From: Octopus vulgaris | Lineage: Eukaryota | Length of the DNA: 64,000 bases | NCBI GenBank assembly: GCA_951406725.2 | Contig: OX597843.1 | Span: 19,902,001-19,966,000 of the forward strand | Direction of reading: 5' to 3' | Shown here: piece by piece, positions 11,820-22,889 of the stretch | Numbering within the stretch: the stretch's first letter is position 1 | How the letters are laid out: the number at the start of each line of letters is the position of its first letter | Program-made: the position numbers and the translations under genes | The notes under the pieces: generated by a model | What the model saw: the letters and a program-made list of their open reading frames with translations, nothing else | Databases searched by the model: none | What the model was told of the DNA's origin: nothing

Positions 11820-12374
11820 TGCCGGTCAAGTAGTGTGGAGCGACTGACCTCCCTTGTTCGAAGGTTATATGGATACAGTTTGTGTATCAAATAGCTAACT
11901 TAAGGCGATGGCCTCATGGAGCTAATAAGCGGATAGCTTTATTCTTATTTTTATAAGAATGCCATATTAGTATGGCGATAACTATTATATATATATATAT
12001 ATATATATATAAATATATATATTTGCGTGTGTCTGTTTGTTTGTCTGTGTTTGTCCCCCTAGCATTGCTTGACAATCGATACTGGTGTTTTTACGTCCCC
12101 TCACTTAGCGGTTCGGCAAAAGAAACCGTTAGAATAAGTACTGGGCTTACAAACGAATAAGTCCCGGGGTCGAGTTGCTCGATTAAAAGCGGTGCACCAG
12201 CATGGCCGCTGTCAAATGACTGAAACAAGTAAAAGGGTAAAGAGAAAAGAGTATAACATAAGAGGCGTTGTATTTCCACGCAGAAAAGTATATAAGAAAA
12301 TTTGTTGTTGAAAACGCCCCTAAATTTGAAAAAAAACATTTTATTGTTTTTAAATAAATATATTTATATTAAAT

Positions 12375-12440
12375 GGCGGTGCCCCAGGATGGCCACAGCT
12401 CGTGAGCTGAAACTAGATAAAATAAAATAAATAAATAAAT
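12375..12440 (+). mobile_element. Short 3' tail of a CR1-like LINE/SINE
   Basis: ggcggtgccccaggatggccacagctcgtgagctgaaactagataaaataaa matches the 3' end of the LINE fragment at 41625-41990 in reverse. Confidence 0.6.
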
Positions 12441-13350
12441 ATACATACCAAACTAGTTTCAACAATATTTTTTTGTTTATGAATAGTAAAAATTTAAAAT
12501 TATGAATTAGAAAAACATGTTTTTATGTTTATAAGTTTCGGTGAAATGAAGTATGATTTTAAATGTTCATAAATTTCAATAATATATAAAAAATGTGGAT
12601 CATTTTGCTGAAATGCACAACATTCAATAGTGTTAGTAGTGATCGATAAGAAATGTGGAGTATCAAAGTTTCGGCCATACTGAGTTAAGAGTGAGAAAAA
12701 CAAGGGAGAAATGAAGATAGTGAAAAAAGGGTTTTTGTTTACAGATTCTGTGATTCTCTTACCGACGTGTACAGGTCTTTTGCTTGTGAAGGCGTTTTAC
12801 AGAATCCGGTGTATTTACGATTTTTTTCCGTGAAGGATCTGATATTTGTTGATGTCTTATTTTTCTGGTGGTCAAGATTTTCATTCTGCCTGGTTGGCTT
12901 ACCTGTGGGGAACGGTCATCAGCCATTCCAGGTGGTTGATTCTCATAAAGGGTAATTTTGTTGTATTTGCTGAAGTTCGATTTTGATTGTAAGTCAAATT
13001 TCATTGTTCTGGAGTTAGGTGACGTCAGCAACTGGTATGTGTATGGTGATATTGTATGGCGATTCGGATTTGCGATTTCGAAACCCGCGTGGAAAACTGC
13101 TACTAAAGCGTTTTGAATATCTGTTGTATCTCGTTTGTTTCTTCTTTGTGGAGAAATTGTGTCTCTTTCATTTTTCGCTTTCGTGTTTGAACAGAGGTGA
13201 ATAAGAGGGAATGAATTAAACGATATTCTTTATTCCATAATACTACAATTGATACTACATGATTTCACAACCATTGTACATGGTTCAGATGATATAATTA
13301 ATAAATTGTGTAATGCTTACCATCTATCAGAGGTGTAAAATATGCTTTTC
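12440..13350 (-). mobile_element. Probable decayed PLE 5' region/pLTR remnant, three copies (also ~27930-28760 and ~63100-64000)
   Basis: Indels between copies argue against coding; decayed hammerhead-like ctgata-gatggta...tatcatct-gaac-catgta on the minus strand at ~13275-13332. Confidence 0.35.
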
Positions 13351-13579
13351 AGGTGAGTATTTCAATAAGTCCTACTGTCCACTTTTAAGGAATTGTAGTG
13401 ATGACACACGATGTAAATTATATCATCTCATCAAGATCTACGGATGTGATGTGTAGACAAAATTGCCTTGATATAGAATATAGAAAGTCGCTGAAACCAT
13501 TCTCTTATTCTTCATTAGGTATATATGTATATATGCAAGTATGTATGTATGTATGTACCAATCTTCTCTCTTTTACTTG

Positions 13580-14666
13580 TGTTCTGTGGACGCCCCCAGA
13601 CGATGCAGTAGGCTCAGAACAATGAATTCTTCTGGCATCCTGTTGCCTCGGACGTGTGGTGAGGGTTTGGGTGGGCTAGGTGCCCCCTGAGCTGGAGGAG
13701 GCATGGCTGATGACGGCCATTGTGTACAACATGGAGGACGAGGCTGGAATATTGAGGGCCACCAGAGCAAACAAGCTGCTGGGGCTGTGGGTTGGAGCTA
13801 ACAATCCAGGCTAAAGTGGAGGACTTGAACGGAATGGCAGAGGAGATAGTGTTCCACTGGGAGTGAAGGTGGAAGGCAGGCCGCTTGTGTGTGTTTCGAG
13901 TGTGGCGAGGAGGGACACATGGAGGCGAGATGCCCACGGAGGGAGCAGAGAGAGATTGAAGAGGGTGTCGAGCAGGCATTGACAGAAGAGAATTATGAGA
14001 AAACAGCGGAAGAAGAATTCACGCTAGTGGAAAGAAAAAGGAGGAGCGGTGGGGTAAGCCCGCCACCGACTAACCAGAAAAAGAAGAAAGAAGAGGTGGG
14101 AAAGAAAGAGATAACGAGAAAGAAAGATGATAAAAGTGAGGCGGAAAAAGAAAGTGAAAAAAATAACTAAGAAGATGTGTGACAATGAGTCAGAGAAGGA
14201 GGAGGCAAGTATGAAGATGAGAGGTGAATTGACGGAAGATTCAGGAACTCAACTACAAGAGAGTGAGATGGAGAAACTGAAGACGGAGAAAGAGAAGGTC
14301 TCAGACTCAGAGAAGAGTACAGAGGAACCTATAATAAGAAAAGTAGTAAAAGAAGAAAGGAGAAGACCGAAAGGGGGTAAGAACAAATAGAATTTTGTGA
14401 CGTATTCTAAGAACAAGGAAGTGGAGAAACAAATCGTAAAGTTCATAAGGGTAAAGTTGTCCAACGACGTGTACCAAGAGAGTGTGAAGGTCATTGTGGT
14501 CGATAGGGAAACCTATAATAAACTTAGAGATAGTGCGGGGATTGAAGTGACCCGGCCAGAGCGTTGGTGGCGTTCAACGTGCTGCCCCGAGTAATTGATC
14601 TGTTAGAACTGGAGCCGTATATGTGACGTTAAAGGTGAGAAAAAGGAAAAAAAGAAAGGAAAACGT
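13580..14666 (+). mobile_element. ORF1-only non-LTR derivative (CCHC knuckle, K/E-rich tail, A-rich 3' end)
   Basis: VCFECGEEGHMEARC; acidic/basic tail; ends gagaaaaaggaaaaaaagaaaggaaaa; no RT nearby. Confidence 0.6.
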
Positions 14667-14689
14667 TTCATATTTGTGTTTTATTTCGC

Positions 14690-14787
14690 AAGTCGACTTT
14701 TCCGAAGTAAATGAAGTTATAACTCGGGTAGTATAAGTTACTTTTATTAAACATAACTCGGCCGGGAACTTTATGATACCACTTCGT
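14690..14787 (+). mobile_element. mariner 3' end/TIR remnant
   Basis: ...ttttattaaacataactcggccgggaactttatgataccacttcg|TA, similar to the ends at ~29960 and 47656. Confidence 0.55.
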
Positions 14788-15943
14788 ATATATACGACAT
14801 GTTTCTAAGTTACCCTGTACCCGATTAACTAACATACACGGGTTTGTTCGGTTGAAGACCAGAGTACACGCAGAGGGACAGAATACAGAAGCAAAATTGT
14901 TATCACACAGACATACCAACGTCGAAGCGTATACTCACACATACACACACACACATACTCACACATGAGGGAAATGGAAAATTGATTTTACGAGATTCGT
15001 TATTCACTACTGCCGTTTCAGCCCGTCTTCAATCGGCCACTCACGGATGAGATAATGGTCGAGTGGACGCGGTGCATCTTTCTGTGCAGATGTTTCTCAT
15101 CAGTTGACGTTTCAAAAAGCACCTCGCTCAATAAACTCGGTTTCACTCGGTTCGATTATAATGTATTTCGTTATGTTAAGAAGAAGAACAACAATAACAA
15201 CAACAACAACAAAATCAGTAACAACGAGGAAGTCGATGATGAAGAAAAGATAGTAGCAAGAAAACAGACAAGATGGACAAGCAAAACAATTTGACAATTG
15301 CGAATGAGGATAGAAATGACAATAAAAATATATCAACGTAAGTAATATCATTACACATACACACAAACGTACGAGGGACACACCAAACATTGTTTTATAT
15401 TGTGGACGACTGACTACTCTAACATCCTTCCTAAAGAAATTGAAACGGCATAAGCAGCCATCACAATTGACAGTTTGACCAAATTGCCCCAGCTGTAGCT
15501 CACTGTACAAATAGAAAATGACGACTACCAACTTCAGCACGTCATGTAATTGTAGAGTTTAAAATAACTCATATCAATGAAGCAGCATCTCAAAAAAAGT
15601 GAGAATGAATATATTTCTATACGTTCTTTTCTTTTCTTGAAGTGTATATAGATTTTTCAAGCGAATTCTGCATAAATATGTATTTCATAATATACCCACC
15701 TGTAGACACGAATACAAACATACATATTCTCATTCAATCGTACGCTCATACACAAAATGTTAGACATTGATGCTGAAACATACAGACACAAACAATTGCA
15801 GATACTTTCATACACACTCCAACACGAATATGGTAGCGGAATATACGTTAGAGATACAGAGAGAAAAAGAAAGATGAGAAGACATTAAGTTCCTAGAAAA
15901 ATTTCGTAAATAAAATAATATCAAAAAAACTTAAGCAACTTAC

Positions 15944-16015
15944 ATTTTCTGTAAACTTGGAAGATTTTGAAAGACACCTTGTGGGATGGTTGTGATCTGA
16001 TTGCCAATGAAATTT
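15944..16015 (-). CDS. 72-nt phase-2 exon of an LRR-containing protein (NFIGNQITTIPQGVFQNLPSLQK)
   Basis: Acceptor gtgttttatgtttcag and donor gtaagt on the minus strand; 24-aa typical-type LRR (NxIxxIPxxxFxxLxxL); open frame. Confidence 0.85.
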
Positions 16016-16279
16016 CTGAAACATAAAACACGGGTCAAAAGAAAAAGTATTAAAAAGATTTCTGATAAAATATTAAATCTTGTATCTTTAGAATCATATT
16101 AAGAAAAAAAGGACGATAAAGGAGAAAATGGCCGAGATGATGTTTATGTTGATGATGAAGGGGAGGAGGATGGCGATATAATGCTTAGCGTAGATGATCA
16201 TAAACCATTTCAGATTACAAGAAATTGATTTATGTTGAAGTTTATGGATTAGTCGAGATAAATAGGTAGTGTCAGACAA

Positions 16280-17693
16280 TGCTTTGTCTTAAAGGGTCAG
16301 TGTTAGTAAGGAAGTTGAAGTGTGTTCTAGTTTTGTGGATATGAGGCTGGGGGTTCGGGTGAGTTATGTTCTTATGATAAAGGTAACTAATTGTATGTTT
16401 CAAAGTTTTATTTTGTTAAGATTTCGGATTGGTCCAACAATTTCAGTGGTGGAGGAGTAGGAAAATATTATAGATTGCGGGTTAAATATTTTGGTATAGG
16501 GGCTGGACATAGGGAGATGCTTCTCGTGTATGGTGAAGAAGAGCATGGGTACAAGGGGTCGGGTATTAAGAGGGAAGGGTGTATTCTTGGTTCCGAGGTT
16601 AGTTGAGGGAGGCTTGTTCAACATAGGGGTATATTCGATCGAATTCTTATGACCGGCGCGTTGTAAGGCGCAATTATAATATTCAGCGTATTGTTCGAAT
16701 ATCTCCTACCGGCGGGCAGTGATGAAATCCGTTTTGATACGATATCTATGATAGAGTTTAGGACAACTGGCGTTGTGTTTGAAGGAAAAGTTGACGTAGT
16801 GGAGGTTCCCCTTAAGTTTATGGCATGGGTAGAAAATTTGACTTTGTAGATCTAGGGTGACATCTAGGAAATTAGAAGTTTTAAGGCTGTTACAAAATGT
16901 GATGCAGAGGCCCACTATTTAAAAAATATATCTTAGCCTTTTTCTAATCTGTTCGATTCGGCGGTTGCGAGAATCCCGAATGTCTCTATTGGCCCAGAAG
17001 TACCCAGTTTTATCATATGATTATATCAATATCGTCACAAGTGAGGTTAGAGTGTATCATTGCAAACATGAGGACTTTGTTGAGAAGGATAAGGGATACA
17101 CTAGAGTGATTTGGTCTATGTCGATCTGGATGAATTTAAAAGCATGTTTAGGGCTTTAGGAATTAAACCACTGGACGGCTTGAGTAATTTCAGGCCATAG
17201 GTGTAGTGTGTACGTTGGATGCAGTTGGGGGTATAATCCTGTCTGATAAAATCTTGTGATCTTACTTGTATCTGAGATGGAGAAGCAAATAAGGCGAACG
17301 GAATGGTCCTTGCCAAATTTTATTTTCTAGTCTTCTACGTTAACATCGAATGTGCGAGTTAAGGAAGGTTCAGTCCTATCTTCTAATCCGAGTTCGAAAA
17401 CGAGATCACGGTTCTTGATGATGATGTCTTTTCGAGTGGAACCGGTACAATATGGTAGCCTTTATGTAGTTGCTTGAGTATTAGCTCACGGTATTTATCT
17501 AGAGGAACGTTATAAAGGTTGCCGGTCTTGACGGCTTTGAAGAGAATTTCAGAGTATTTTTGAAGACTCACGATGATAATATAAGTTTTAGTTAGGTGGG
17601 GTTTGATTGTTATTTTTCTGGGTTTCAATGTGATGTCTTTAACGAGATTGGTAAGATCTTGGTCGAAATTATTTCGTTACGCTTACGAAGTGC
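16280..17693 (-). mobile_element. PLE RT/linker fragment, degenerate
   Basis: Same family as 9560-10839; SNFLDVTLDLQ and KIFNPQSIIFSYSS motifs. Confidence 0.75.
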
Positions 17694-17859
17694 ATATATA
17701 ACGTTTCTCTCTTAGTCTGCGAATTATCTTACATTCAACAACATATAATACTTATGTATATATTGGTATATTGTGCGTATATGTATGTATGCATATACAT
17801 ATGTTCGTTACCAATATGTATGCAGAATAATATTGACATAACTGGTGATAAGTCCATTC

Positions 17860-20412
17860 AGATTAGCGTAAGATATGGGCGCCACGGGACACCGCTGACG
17901 GTGGGAGGGACCTTCTTGTCTCATTGGTTAGCTACTGCCTACCTGAAGCAGGGCAGCCCCCAGTTAATAAGTTGCTGACCCACCACAGGCCGCCTGCTTC
18001 ATTGGGTGCTTGGAGCTAAGAGTTTGACTTGAAAAAACGGCCTGCAACATCTGCACCAGGCAAACAACTAAAAGACAAGAAACCACCAGTCCTGCGGTTA
18101 GAAAACTGGAATGTCAGGACCATGTGCCCTGGAATATCTGATGATCTACTCAGGGTTGAAGACACAAGAAAGACGGCCATCATTGACCGTGAACTAGAGA
18201 GGCTTAACATAGACATTGCTGGGCTGCAGGAGCCAAGACTCCCCTCAAACGGGAAAGTCAAAGAACAGGATTTCACCTTCTTTTGGCAGGGAAGCGATCT
18301 AGAAGAACCTCGTCAGCATGGCGTTGGCTTTGCAGTGAGAAACTCATTACTCTCCTCAATAGAACCACCATCAGAGACACTGAGCGTATCCTCTCACTGC
18401 GCCTCTCGACTTCTTCTGTTTCAGTATATCTACTGAGCATCTATGCTCCCACTCTCTACAGCCCAGAGGAGACCAAGGACCAGTTCTACAAAGATCTCAA
18501 CTGTGTCATTAAAAATATACCAACAAATGAAAACATCTACCTTCTAGGAGATTCGTGGCCCATTTGTGTTGGATACACTGATATTGGCAACATGAATGTC
18601 AATGGTGAGAGACTACTTGAATTTTGCCCATACCATAACCTGGGCGTCACCAGCACATACTTTGCCAACAAGCCATCACACAAGGCATCTTGGAGACATC
18701 CAAGATCTCACCACAGGCATCAGATGGATCTCATCATTACACGAAGATCCTTTCTGAATTCTGTTTAACTAACCCGTAGTTACCACACAGATCACTCACT
18801 AATTAGAAGCAGGGTGAGGATCCTGCCTAGAAAAGTCCATCACTCCAAGAAAAAGGGCCGATCACGCATTAACACTGCCAGAAGCTCGGATCCTACACAG
18901 CGAAAATGTTTTGCTGTTTCTATCAAGGTGCCCTCAGTAGTTGCCCAACCCCCTTTGCTGAAATTAGGTGGAATTATATCAGGAAGCTTTGTATACCTCA
19001 TCAATAGATACTTTCGGCATGAGAGAAAGGCAACACCCAGATTGGTTCAGTGATGGGCTCTTAGAGCTGGAACCAGTTATCGAAGCAAAGCATGCAGCTC
19101 TGATGCAATGCAAGAGTGATTCTTCTACAAAATCACTCGAAGAACTCAGAAAGGCAAAAATATAACCCAACTGACAGCCAGATGCTGTGCAAATAGGTAT
19201 TGGCAGGAAATCTGTCAGAGTATCCAGTCAGCTGCTGAGAGTGGCGATACCCGTGGGATGTATGCCGGTTTAAAGAAGGCCCTCGGTCCATCCGCAACAA
19301 GTCAGCCCCTCTGAAATCAACTACTGGAGATCTCATCAGGGATCAAGGCAAGCAAATGTATAGATGGGTGGAGCACTACCAGGATCTCTATTCACGGGAG
19401 ACTACAGTGGCTGAGGCTGAGTCGAGAGTGTCAAGATCTTGCCAGTCATGTGCGAACTTGACGGTGGGCCATCTATAGCAGAGCTCACCAAGGCTGTTGA
19501 CTCCCTAGCAAGAAATAAGGCTCCGGGAAAAGACGGCATCCCTCAGAGGTCATCAAAGCCGGCAAAAACACCATCCTGCTTCGGCACCATCATGAGCTTC
19601 TGTGTCAGTGCTGGGGAGAGGGTACAGTCCCTCAGGATATGCGGGATGCTAACATCATCACGATTTACAAAAACAAAGGTGACCGTGGTGATTGTAACAA
19701 TTACCGTGGAATATCCCTTCTACGCACTGTTGGAAAGACCTTTGCCCGCGTTACCCTGGCCAGGCTACAACTACTTGCTTCTCGAATCTATCCGGAATCG
19801 CAGTGTGGCTTTAGAAGAAACAGATCAACTATCAATATGATATTCTCCATACGCCAACTTCTGGAGGAGTCCAGAGAGCAGAAAATGCCATTACATATGG
19901 CCTTCGTTTGTAAGTAGAAAATGCCTCTTCATCCTGCTCCAAAAAATCGGATATCCACCAAAGCTGCTGAGGATCATCAAATCTTTCCATGATGATATGC
20001 AAGGAACCATACAGCACAATGGTTCAACATCAGCCGCCTTCCAAATAAAAAACGGAGTAAAGCAAGGTTGTGTCCTTGCTCCTACATTATTTGGCATCTT
20101 CTCGCTCTTACTTTCACATGCCTTTCAGACATCAGATGCTATTTGCTGATAATGCTGCTCTGGTATCACACACAAAAGAAGCCATACAAAGGCTCATCAA
20201 CTGTTTTGAGCAGGCATGTAACGACTTTGGCTTAGCTATCAGCCTCAAGAAGACCAACATCATAGGTCCGGCTACACCGGACATCCCAAACATACATATT
20301 GGAGACCACAGATTACAGGAGGTTGAGACGTTTACCTATCTTGGCTCTACCGTCACCTACAACCTATCCCTTGACGCTGAGCTTAATATACGCATTGGCG
20401 AGGCAGCTGTGG
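17860..20412 (+). mobile_element. RTE-clade LINE (APE + RT), degenerate, 3' missing
   Basis: NWNVRT, IDIAGLQE, IYAPT, NYRGISLL, PESQCGFR, GVKQGCVLAP, LFADNA and FTYLGS motifs across frameshifted ORFs. Confidence 0.9.
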
Positions 20413-20689
20413 TGAAGGCTCAAGATATACAACGGACTGGAAATAGAAGTGCTCTAATGAGCTGTATACACTTTTTGTTTATATCCGAGGGGAGGCAATG
20501 CGAGCAACAACTACAGGAACATCGCAAAATCCACAGAAACACCAAATACATACAAATCTTCATATACTCATTTATATCTATAAAACCCGACATTAAAAAA
20601 TTTTTAATGTAGTAATATATAAATATATCACATAAAAATATAAATTTTGCATATAACACCTTGAATCTACGGAGTGGCAACGGCTTGAA

Positions 20690-22570
20690 ATAGGCATTGC
20701 AGCCGGATGCACGATATCAGTCATCTTATTTGTGATAGTCATTGGAAATGCTACTCAGATCTACAAACTGTGAGAAAGCTGTTACTAAGACACCATTAAG
20801 GCTTTTATGGACGACATAACTATATTATCGTAAATATAGAGAAGAAGCAGAGGGAACGGTAGAGCGGTTGGACGAACTGATTGGATGGGCAAGGATGAAA
20901 TTCAAAGCCAAAGAACTCTCGAAGCGTGACTTTCGTGAAAGGAAGGCAAGAAGTGAAATTCAGGATAGGAGTGAAGACATACCAACGGTGAAAGAACAAC
21001 AGGTAAAGAGTCTCGGCAGATGGTATAGAGATTTATTAAATGATAAGAAGCAAGGAAAGAAACGCACGAGTTAGAAGAACAAGGATTAAAGGCAATTGAC
21101 AGAACAACGCTGCCGGGAAAATTCAAATGTTGGATACTGCAATTTGGTCTGTCCCCAAGAATAACGTGGCCATTACAAATGTACGAAATAGCCTCGAGTA
21201 GAATAGAAAGGATGGAGCAAAGATGCAGTGTGTTTATCAGAAAATGGCTTGGTCTGCCAAAACCACTGAATACAACTGCACTATATGGAAAAGCCGAGCT
21301 GCAACTACGAATAACATCAATCGCCGAAGAATATAAGGCAGGAAAGGCAAGGACAGTAATGATGCTAAGGTATTCAAAAGATCAGAGTATCCGGGAAAAC
21401 CCTCCAAAGGTACGAACAGGGAGGAAATGGAAGGCGGAAGAGGCAGTAAACAGGGTTATCGGAAAACTAAAGCACGCAGATATAGTCGGAGCGACGCAAG
21501 AAGCTAGAACCGGCCTAGGGTCGCAAAATTTCAGGCCATTTTGCAAGAGCAGTATAAAAGAGATGAAAGAGGCAGTGGCATACGAAGTGAGAAAGGAGGA
21601 AGAAGAAAGGCGAAATTTACATTTGGTGCCAAACATCAACAGGGACAGTGCCTGAGATGGGAGGAATATGTGATTAACCGCAGAATATCATGAAAGGAAC
21701 TTTGGACTTGGGAACAAGCAAGAACATCCTTCCTGATCAAGTCTACCTCCGACGTTCTACCCTCACCGGCGAACTTAGTCCGGTGGAACATAAACAAAAT
21801 TGATGAGTGTAGATGCGGAGAGAAAGCGACGGTTAGACATGTTATGTCAAGTTGCAGACTAGCACTTCAAAGAAATACTTGGCGGCATAATCAAGTCCTC
21901 GGCGTCATAAGCGCAGCACTCAAAGAAGATCGAGAGGTACAATAGGGGAGATTACCCAAAAGTAGAAAAGCGCAGGAAAGTATACTTCCACAAGGAGGGA
22001 AAAGGTTATAAAACCAGGCCTACACGTATACGAGATAGACGAAAGATGGAAGGGATACAGGGAGGTGGCCACGGACTTGGAAAGACAAGTAGTATTTCCA
22101 CTAATAAAAGCAACAAAAAGACCGGACTTACATTTATGGAACAGAGACCGGAGAATGGGAATTTTACTAGAACTAACAGTACCTTGGGAAGAGAACATCG
22201 GCAATGCAGAGGAACGAAAAGAGAAGAGGTATGAAAAGCTAATCGAAGAATGCATAGAACAGGGTTGGAATGTCGAATATTATCACCTGGCAGTGGGGGA
22301 TAGAGGCTTCATTGAAAGGAAAATGACAACGCTTTTCAAAAGAAGATTTGATTTTTCTAGCCCCGAGCTGCGTAAACTAATAAGGAGAGTACAGGAGGCG
22401 GTCGAAAAAGCCAGCTTCTATATATGGCTGAAGCGGGAAGACCGAAAATGGCTTGAAAATCATAAACAAACCGACGGGAAATAACATCATTAGGTGAGAC
22501 AAGCTGACTGACAGGCGATGGTCGTTTAGAAAATGCGCGGGCTAAAACTACGCACCTTCACTAGTCAGTT
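20690..22570 (+). mobile_element. RLE-type LINE (HERO-like), 5'-truncated, degenerate
   Basis: AFMDDIT, WARMKFK, CCHC region (CRCG...HVMSSC), WRHNQVL and RPDLHLW...LLELTVPWEEN restriction-like endonuclease motifs. Confidence 0.8.
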
Positions 22571-22889
22571 AAGGTGAGACAGTGTCATGTGACAACTTCC
22601 TGGAGCCTATGCGGCAGGTATTTAAAGGGTAAAATTTGACAAGACAGTCAGTCACCGGCTGACACTCACTGACGATACATCGAAGAGGCCAGGGAACAGA
22701 AGAAAAAAGAAGAAAGACATGCACCCAGCACCAGAGCTGGAGACAGCTCCGAAAGGGGATGGGGAGCCATGTCAAAACGGTAGAGGAGTAGGGGCCGAAA
22801 CCGGACGTGGTTTTTTCTTGATGATGTCTTGAGTTAACTGGATCCTATAAAGGAGCTGTTCGGGTAGCACACCACGAAACACGGTTGTA

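Larger units (their letters stand above)
11019..11988 (+). repeat. Tandem array of 363-bp units (2.7 copies), retrozyme-like
   Basis: tgtcagaagc begins at 11021, 11384 and 11747; units nearly identical; no ORF; one hammerhead per unit; flanked by (TA)n. Confidence 0.95.
7432..12250 (+). mobile_element. tRNA-derived SINE split by two insertions
   Basis: Head gtggctgtgtggtaagtagcttgcttac (7440-7467) resumes at caaccacatggttccgggttcagtccc (~10849); the central TA tract hosts the 363-bp array; tail ends ...catggccgctgtcaaatgactgaaacaagtaaaag. Confidence 0.85.
12440..16150. repeat. Older duplication unit carrying an LRR exon (paralog ~27930-31460)
   Basis: Colinear blocks 12440-13300 vs 27930-28760, 14730-14960 vs 29920-30160 and 14990-16150 vs 30190-31460; roughly 75-85% identity by eye. 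Confidence 0.9.

Noticed and set aside
11019-11988. CRISPR array or simple satellite
   Set aside because: No unique spacers and a eukaryotic context; the ribozyme-bearing unit explains it better.
12500-13204. Three-copy region as a tandem host gene (cytokine or protocadherin tail)
   Set aside because: Frameshifting indels and stops differ among copies; no recognisable motifs.
15112-15540. ORF with a signal-peptide-like start and cysteines, repeated at 30522-30863
   Set aside because: GTG start and runs into microsatellites; the opposite strand resembles decayed retroelement ORF1 with stops; similarity is explained by the duplication.
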